Origin: a virus
Taxonomy: Duplodnaviria; Caudoviricetes
Direction: 5' to 3' (one strand)
Length of the DNA: 50,070 nucleotides
Virus record (IMG/VR): IMGVR_UViG_3300034072_002243
Coordinates: 1 to 50,070 of that record
In this document: one piece after another, positions 45,371 to 50,070 of the stretch
Position numbering within the stretch: the first letter of the stretch is position 1
Layout: the number at the start of each line of letters is the position of its first letter
Program-made: the position numbers and the translations under genes
The notes under the pieces: generated by a model
The model's input: the letters and a program-made list of their open reading frames with translations, nothing else
The model's database searches: none
Told to the model about the DNA's origin: nothing

Positions 45371-46222
45371 TCAAGCAAGACTTACGACAACGAGCAACGC
45401 CAGCGCCGCCCAGAACATCCACCATCGCCAACGCCGGGGCCGGCGTTCGCCATCCGGCAAGCCTGCGTACTGGTCTGAATCCGCTTCGCTCCGGCCAGAG
45501 GCATCGGCTCTGGTGCCCTTGAAACTCTGGAACAGACCCGGCTTGTGGCCAATCGTCTTTTCTGCGCCAGCGGCCTTCAGGCCATCCCGGACATAGCTGT
45601 AGACCGCTGTTCGCCGGCTCTCTCCGTTATGCAGTTCTCCATCAGGTGACTTGTACTCGCCGAACCAACGCCACGCGTTGCTCGAAGAACTGGCGGCGCG
45701 CTTCAAAGAGGAGACAAGCTGGGGATTGGCGCAAATTGCATCGGCTATGGAATCGAACATGGGGTCAAATGGATCATCCAGACCGCCGATGCGCCCCTTG
45801 TTGAACTCTGCACGATACAGCCGATAGACATACCAACGGGCCAGATCCTTGACTGGCCCCTGCCGGACCTTGTCGAGGACCAAGTAGTAGATCTTCGATT
45901 TTGAGGCGAAGTCCGTGACCTCGACACGCATCTTGCGGGCGACTTCCCGCGTCTGCGCGTCCGCAGGCTCCCTCCCCTTCTTCGCGTTGCTGATCAGGTC
46001 GCTCGCCTCATCAAGCGTCAGGGGGCGTGTCACGCGCACTTTCAGGTCCGCCAGATACGCTAGCTGCGGGTCCGTCGCCGGGCGAGGAACCAGCTGCTTG
46101 ATACTCTCCGCAGCGATGCCTTCGCAGGCCAGCCACTCCAGCAGCTCCGCCTCGTCAAATACAGCGCGCTTGCGGCGCTTCAGGCGGCCTTTTTCACGAA
46201 AGGCAACTTCGAACTCCGGCAT
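45371..46222 (-). CDS. Hypothetical protein with a C-terminal membrane anchor (moron)
   Basis: 283 aa; PATDPQLAYL..LTLDEASDLI motif; terminal WWMFWAALALLVVVSLA. Confidence 0.7.
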   Translation of the reverse strand: MPEFEVAFREKGRLKRRKRAVFDEAELLEWLACEGIAAESIKQLVPRPATDPQLAYLADLKVRVTRPLTLDEASDLISNAKKGREPADAQTREVARKMRVEVTDFASKSKIYYLVLDKVRQGPVKDLARWYVYRLYRAEFNKGRIGGLDDPFDPMFDSIADAICANPQLVSSLKRAASSSSNAWRWFGEYKSPDGELHNGESRRTAVYSYVRDGLKAAGAEKTIGHKPGLFQSFKGTRADASGRSEADSDQYAGLPDGERRPRRWRWWMFWAALALLVVVSLA

Positions 46223-46290
46223 CACGGGACCCCAATAGCTTACGCAACCCAAGGTTCAGACCATGCCGGACAGCCCGCAAAACTGTAAAC

Positions 46291-46346
46291 GGGAACAATT
46301 GAGCTCATTCTCTTCTTGACTTGGGGAACTTTTGGTCCCCTATATG
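46291..46346 (+). promoter_or_regulatory. OL-like operator/promoter region
   Basis: GGGAAC-AATT-GAGCTC and GGGAAC-TTTT-GGTCCC; CTTGAC..CTATAT. Confidence 0.65.
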
Positions 46347-46373
46347 TCCCCATTCAGCCGAAGGGGGACAGTC

Positions 46374-47093
46374 ATGAAAGGCACGCCAGGCACAGGTCCT
46401 AACAAGCAGGATCCGGTCACAGACCAATCGCGCTTGAGCTCCCCCTGGACGCTCACCCAGACCGGCCGCGCGGTCGACTTGCTCGCCCCGAGGCCGGGCA
46501 TGATCGACATCCGCGGCGACATCGCCCCGGCGCTGGGGCGCATTGCCCGGTTCAACGGCCAGGTGCCCGGCGGGGCCTATTCCGTGGCCCAGCACTGCGT
46601 CATCGGCGCCCGCGCGCTGCTCGACGAGACCAGCCGCCCGGATCTCGCCGCGGCATTCCTGCTGCATGATGCCCATGAGGCCTATATCGGCGACCTGACG
46701 ACGCCGGCCGCTGACGCGCTGGCGTTCAGCATCTCCCGCCTGCTGTTGCAGGCGGGATGTGAAGCGCGGATCGCGCAGCACATCCTGCAATCGGCCCGCC
46801 GCGACATCGCCGACCGGCTCGACCGCGCCATCTGGCGCGCCGCCGGGCTCCGCTGGCCCCTGTCCGATCCGGACCGCTACGCCATCAAGCGCATGGACGC
46901 CAGGTGCTTGGGCCAAGAGGCGCGGCAGCTGATGCCGGCCAGTGACCGTCCCTTTCCGGCCACCGGCCTGCCGCCCATCCGCATGCGCGGCAAGCTGACG
47001 ATCCTGACCGCCGCCAAGGCGACCGAGGCGTGGCTCGAGCTGTTTGACCAGCTGTGCCCGGCCGCCCGGTCCGTCACCGCAGGTGCGGCATGA
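46374..47093 (+). CDS. HD-superfamily phosphohydrolase (YfdR/YfbR-like nucleotidase)
   Basis: RFNGQ..YSVAQHCV..LLHDAHEAYIGDLTTP. Confidence 0.88.
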   Translation: MKGTPGTGPNKQDPVTDQSRLSSPWTLTQTGRAVDLLAPRPGMIDIRGDIAPALGRIARFNGQVPGGAYSVAQHCVIGARALLDETSRPDLAAAFLLHDAHEAYIGDLTTPAADALAFSISRLLLQAGCEARIAQHILQSARRDIADRLDRAIWRAAGLRWPLSDPDRYAIKRMDARCLGQEARQLMPASDRPFPATGLPPIRMRGKLTILTAAKATEAWLELFDQLCPAARSVTAGAA

Positions 47094-47344
47094 CCGCGCC
47101 CGCCCTCACCCCGGCCCTCACCCCGGCGCAGCGCGACCTGCTGACGACGCTGGCCCGGCGCGGCGTGGCCTTTGCCCGCGCCAACGGCTGGCGCGTCAAG
47201 GGCGAGCACGGCTCCCGCTCCAGGCAGACCGCCGAGGCGCTGATCGCGCAGCGGCTGGCCACCACCCTCACCGGCGCCGGCACGCTGCGCCTGGTGCTCA
47301 CCGACGCGGGCCGCGCGCTCGCCACCGGCCTCAAGCGCCGGTAA
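47090..47344 (+). CDS. Hypothetical protein (winged-helix-like)
   Basis: ATGA overlap; LTPAQRDLL..LTDAGR. Confidence 0.65.
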   Translation: MTAPALTPALTPAQRDLLTTLARRGVAFARANGWRVKGEHGSRSRQTAEALIAQRLATTLTGAGTLRLVLTDAGRALATGLKRR

Positions 47345-47359
47345 CTGACGGAGGACGAC

Positions 47360-47485
47360 ATGAACCCCTTCAACCTGCGCAAGATCGCCGACGACCTGAC
47401 CGCCGTCACCGTCAATCTCGCTGTCGGCCTTGCCACCGGCGCCGTGCTGGCGGAGTCCGTCTGGCGCGTGATCAAGGCGCTGTGA
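47360..47485 (+). CDS. Small hydrophobic peptide (41 aa)
   Basis: Not in track; GGAGG RBS; MNPFNLRKIADDLTAVTVNLAVGLATGAVLAESVWRVIKAL. Confidence 0.6.
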   Translation: MNPFNLRKIADDLTAVTVNLAVGLATGAVLAESVWRVIKAL

Positions 47486-47487
47486 CG

Positions 47488-47922
47488 ATGATCATCGCCC
47501 ATCGCTACAACTGGGCCCGGCGCCAGCACGTTCCCTTGCTCCTCATCACCCTCATTCCGCGCAATGCGGTCTGGCGGGTCGGCAAGGGCGACAGCTTCAT
47601 GACCTACTGGTACGCGCTGCAACCCGGCCGCGAGGAGGGCAGACAGGATGGCGAGCCCTTCCTTGATGTGCGCCGTCTGCCGGGGTTTGACGAGGCCAAG
47701 GACAAACACATCCTGTCAAAGATCGTGTCCGCCGGCTTTGATGCCGCGCCCGCACGGGAGAGCCGCCTGATCAATGACCACCGGCATTATCACGCGCAAT
47801 GCTTTGCCGCTGCGCTCAATGCGGGCCTCGATCTGGCACAGCACGCAATCGCCATGCGGGCGGCTGTTGAGCAGGAGGCGCGGCGGATGCGTCACCCGCA
47901 GAGCCGGAGCAGCCTGACATGA
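47488..47922 (+). CDS. Hypothetical protein
   Basis: MIIAHRYNWARR...; follows the previous stop directly. Confidence 0.6.
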   Translation: MIIAHRYNWARRQHVPLLLITLIPRNAVWRVGKGDSFMTYWYALQPGREEGRQDGEPFLDVRRLPGFDEAKDKHILSKIVSAGFDAAPARESRLINDHRHYHAQCFAAALNAGLDLAQHAIAMRAAVEQEARRMRHPQSRSSLT

Positions 47923-48137
47923 CCCTCACCACCCTCGCCGCCCTGCCCCTGCTGATCAGCCTCACGTTGTGCTGCGCCGTGCTGGCACTCGGCATCCTCC
48001 GCGCCCGGCGGGTGCGTGAGGACGATCCTTACGAAACACCGGTTGATGACGCTCACCTCCCAGGCGTCGTCAACAGCCCCCGGCCGCGCGTGTCCTCCCC
48101 GCGCGGCCGGGGCACCCAATACAAAGGAGAGCTGTGA
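47919..48137 (+). CDS. Small membrane protein
   Basis: N-terminal hydrophobic helix; ATGA overlap. Confidence 0.55.
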   Translation: MTLTTLAALPLLISLTLCCAVLALGILRARRVREDDPYETPVDDAHLPGVVNSPRPRVSSPRGRGTQYKGEL

Positions 48138-48799
48138 TGGCCGGACCGTTCACCACCCAGATCACCGAGCAGCTGGCACAGCGCGGCATCACCGCCCGCG
48201 ACGTGCGCCTGCAGATCGCCATTGCCGAATTTCAGAACAACGGCGGCACGTTTGAGCAGGCCGAGGCCCTGCTCCGCGCCGCCTACACAGATGCAGCGAA
48301 GGGCCATCTTTCCGTCGCCGACAAGGCCATTGAGAATACGCCCGACGCTGCACCCCTTCGGGGCGCGGGCCACCCCCGAAACGCCAGCAAGGCCAGGTTT
48401 CAAGCGCCCGCCGCCCCGATCCCGTCCACCCGGAGCGGAGGCCATGGACGGCTTGCCGATGAGGCCAAATTCGCCATGCCGCCCGCTCCGCAGACCCGGC
48501 GGGAGGTGGCCGCTGGCCATGCCCGCCGGGGCCTTGCCGCCATCGCCGCCGCGCAGGCCCCTGTCGCCCGGTCGCTGTTCGACGGCACCCGCCTGCCGGA
48601 CGGGCGCACCCTGCGCGAGGTGCATTGGGCCGAATGCCCGCGCCTGGCGCGCCAGTACCGCCACCTTGCCCGCGTCCTGCACGCAATCCACAGCCACGCC
48701 ACGCCATCCGATCCGGCCGCCACGCTGGACGAGATCGTCAGCGAGGCGCAGCTGAAAGCCATCATCGCCACAGCGGAGCGGGCCAATGATCTTGACTGA
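48137..48799 (+). CDS. Hypothetical protein whose central linker is encoded by three guide-RNA-like units
   Basis: AAGGAG RBS; folded-looking N and C parts joined by P/A-rich sequence over 48292-48490. Confidence 0.7.
   Translation: MAGPFTTQITEQLAQRGITARDVRLQIAIAEFQNNGGTFEQAEALLRAAYTDAAKGHLSVADKAIENTPDAAPLRGAGHPRNASKARFQAPAAPIPSTRSGGHGRLADEAKFAMPPAPQTRREVAAGHARRGLAAIAAAQAPVARSLFDGTRLPDGRTLREVHWAECPRLARQYRHLARVLHAIHSHATPSDPAATLDEIVSEAQLKAIIATAERANDLD
48292..48490 (+). ncRNA. Stem-loop TIGR-like array, units 1-3
   Basis: Each unit is stem-GGCCA-N9-YG-CC-N5-GG-CCA-N9-YG-CC-stem; spacers TCTTTCCGT/TTGAGAATA, CCCCCGAAA/GGTTTCAAG, TGGACGGCT/AATTCGCCA. Confidence 0.8.
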
Positions 48800-49778
48800 C
48801 ACACACGAGCTTCCGGGGAACGGAGGGGCCATGCTGCAATCGCCGAAAGGCCAAATGGTCGACGCCCCCCGTTCCCTGGAGGGCGAAGCGGGCCTAACGA
48901 GTATCGTCGACGAGACCATTAAATCGGCGCCAGCTTCGCCCGCCCTTCAGTGCCTGCTGGACCAGCTGGCCGAGCTGCAGCTGCGCCGGAAATTCTACAT
49001 CTCGCTCACCAACAAGCAGGTCAACGCCATCCGCGCGCTGACCCGCCGCGCGCTCGGCTGGCGCGCCGACGACGACGGACGCGAGAAGATCAACGCCCGC
49101 GCCGCCCGCATTGTCGCCAGCGCGCTCGCCGGCAAGGCCCAGAAGCCCGAGGACGAGGCCGCCTTTGCCGCACTGGCCGCAGACCTTGCCGTCTGCGCCG
49201 CCGTGCTGCAGCCGCTGGCCGAGGCCCGGGCCGAAGTGGAAAAGGACATGCGCCGCGCCGCCCGCAAGCTGCCGGCCTATGCCTTCGCCAAGTCGGTGAA
49301 CGGCCTTGGCGACCTCGGCCTTGCCGTGCTCGTCGGCGAGGCGGGCGATCTCGCCAGCTATCCGAAGAAAGGCCACCTCTGGAAGCGCCTTGGTCTTGCG
49401 CCCGTGCACGGCCAGGCGCTGAGCACCTGGCGCCGGACCGGCGGGCTCACGGCAGACGACTGGACGGCCGCAGGCTATTCGCCGCGCCGCAGGGCCGAGG
49501 TCTATGCGGTGATTTCCGAGCCGCTGTTCCGCGCGCAGAGCGTGGCCGATGGCCCTTACCGCGCCATCTATGACCGCCGCCGCGCCGCCACCGAGGCCGC
49601 GCATCCGGACTGGTCGAAACTGCACAGCCACATGGACGCCCTGCGCGTCATGACCAAATCACTCCTGCGCGACCTGCGCAACGAGTGGCGGAGGGCCAAT
49701 ATAGTCGTGCCTCACGGCCAGACTGCAGGCGCCCTCCGCACAATTCCCGCTGAAGCCGAGGAGACCTGTGATGGCTGA
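48786..49778 (+). CDS. Nuclease-less IS110/Nop-domain protein, TasA-like RNA-guided DNA-binding candidate
   Basis: Coiled coil then SVNGLGDLGLAVLVGEAGDLASY..LWKRLGLAP..YRAIYDRRR..ALRVMTKSLL (Transposase_20/Nop-like); no N-terminal DEDD RuvC domain and no catalytic SG after GLAP. Confidence 0.8.
   Translation: MILTDTHELPGNGGAMLQSPKGQMVDAPRSLEGEAGLTSIVDETIKSAPASPALQCLLDQLAELQLRRKFYISLTNKQVNAIRALTRRALGWRADDDGREKINARAARIVASALAGKAQKPEDEAAFAALAADLAVCAAVLQPLAEARAEVEKDMRRAARKLPAYAFAKSVNGLGDLGLAVLVGEAGDLASYPKKGHLWKRLGLAPVHGQALSTWRRTGGLTADDWTAAGYSPRRRAEVYAVISEPLFRAQSVADGPYRAIYDRRRAATEAAHPDWSKLHSHMDALRVMTKSLLRDLRNEWRRANIVVPHGQTAGALRTIPAEAEETCDG
48812..48941 (+). ncRNA. Stem-loop TIGR-like array, units 4-5 (inside the 5' end of the Tas-like gene)
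   Basis: Spacers TGCTGCAAT/AATGGTCGA and AACGAGTAT/TTAAATCGG; outer stems GGGAACGG/CCGTTCCC and GGGCGAAGC/GCTTCGCCC. Confidence 0.8.
49688..49739 (+). ncRNA. Stem-loop TIGR-like unit 6 (inside the 3' end of the Tas-like gene)
   Basis: GCGGAGGG-CCA-ATATAGTCG-TG-CCTCACGG-CCA-GACTGCAGG-CG-CCCTCCGC. Confidence 0.8.
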
Positions 49779-50070
49779 GACATCCAGCATCGAATGGACC
49801 GACGCGACGTGGAATCCGGTCACCGGCTGCACGTTGGTGAGCGAGGGCTGCCGGCATTGCTATGCCGCGCAGCTGGCCGCCACGCGCCTGAAGAACCACC
49901 CGAGCCGCCAGGGCCTTGCCCGGCTGAACGCCCAGGGCGAGGCGAAGTTCACCGGCGAGGTGCGCCTCAACGAACAGTGGCTGGACGAGCCCCTGCGCTG
50001 GAAACGCCCGCGCCGCATTTTTGTGTGCGCCCATGGCGACCTGTTCCACGAGGCCGTGCCGGATGAGTGG
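49771..50070 (+). CDS. Phage Gp37/Gp68 (DUF5131) radical-SAM-like protein, 5' part
   Basis: Not in track; hand translation MAETSSIEWTDATWNPVTGCTLVSEGCRHCYA...RRIFVCAHGDLFHE; GAGGAG RBS. Confidence 0.9.
   Translation, partial: MAETSSIEWTDATWNPVTGCTLVSEGCRHCYAAQLAATRLKNHPSRQGLARLNAQGEAKFTGEVRLNEQWLDEPLRWKRPRRIFVCAHGDLFHEAVPDEW

Larger units (their letters stand above)
1..50070. mobile_element. Temperate prophage (lambda-like head, P2-like contractile tail), ends not in window
   Basis: Contiguous immunity, replication, packaging, head, tail and lysis modules in canonical order; no integrase or att site seen. Confidence 0.95.

Noticed and set aside
48292-49739. CRISPR array
   Set aside because: No identical 25-40 bp repeats, variable parts are paired 9-mers, and there are no cas genes.
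48786-49778. IS110-family insertion sequence
   Set aside because: No N-terminal DEDD RuvC domain or catalytic serine motif, no element boundaries, and the gene overlaps phage genes on both sides; a domesticated Tas-like protein fits better.
1-50070. tRNA, rRNA, integrase or att sites
   Set aside because: None recognised; the prophage boundaries lie outside the window.

Overview
This window is most of a temperate prophage in a GC-rich host. An alphaproteobacterial host is inferred from a GAAC-N7-GAAC LexA box, a GcrA-like gene and CTTKAC-N17-CTATAT promoters. The minus strand carries, in transcription order, a cro-side early/replication operon (44.5-35.7 kb), a putative origin, a lambda-like packaging/head module, a P2-like contractile tail, lysis genes and extra fibre genes (35.3-5.1 kb). 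A + strand accessory island lies at 1-5 kb, next to a split C5 DNA methyltransferase with nested alpha/beta genes. The cI-like repressor is at 44.6 kb, and a + strand early operon runs from 46.4 kb off the right edge. No integrase or att site lies in the window. The most striking signal is at 48.3-49.8 kb. A nuclease-less IS110/Nop-fold protein sits with six stem-loop units of the form stem-CCA-N9-YG-hairpin-CCA-N9-YG-stem, i.e. a candidate TIGR-Tas (TasA-like) dual-spacer RNA-guided system whose guides all lie inside protein-coding sequence. Other highlights are a second, antisense gp25/GpW baseplate paralogue in a repeat-bounded cassette beside cro, and antisense 'bridge' ORFs that keep the early operon translationally coupled across opposite-strand morons. 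Protein family calls come from motif recognition and gene order only; no database searches were run.
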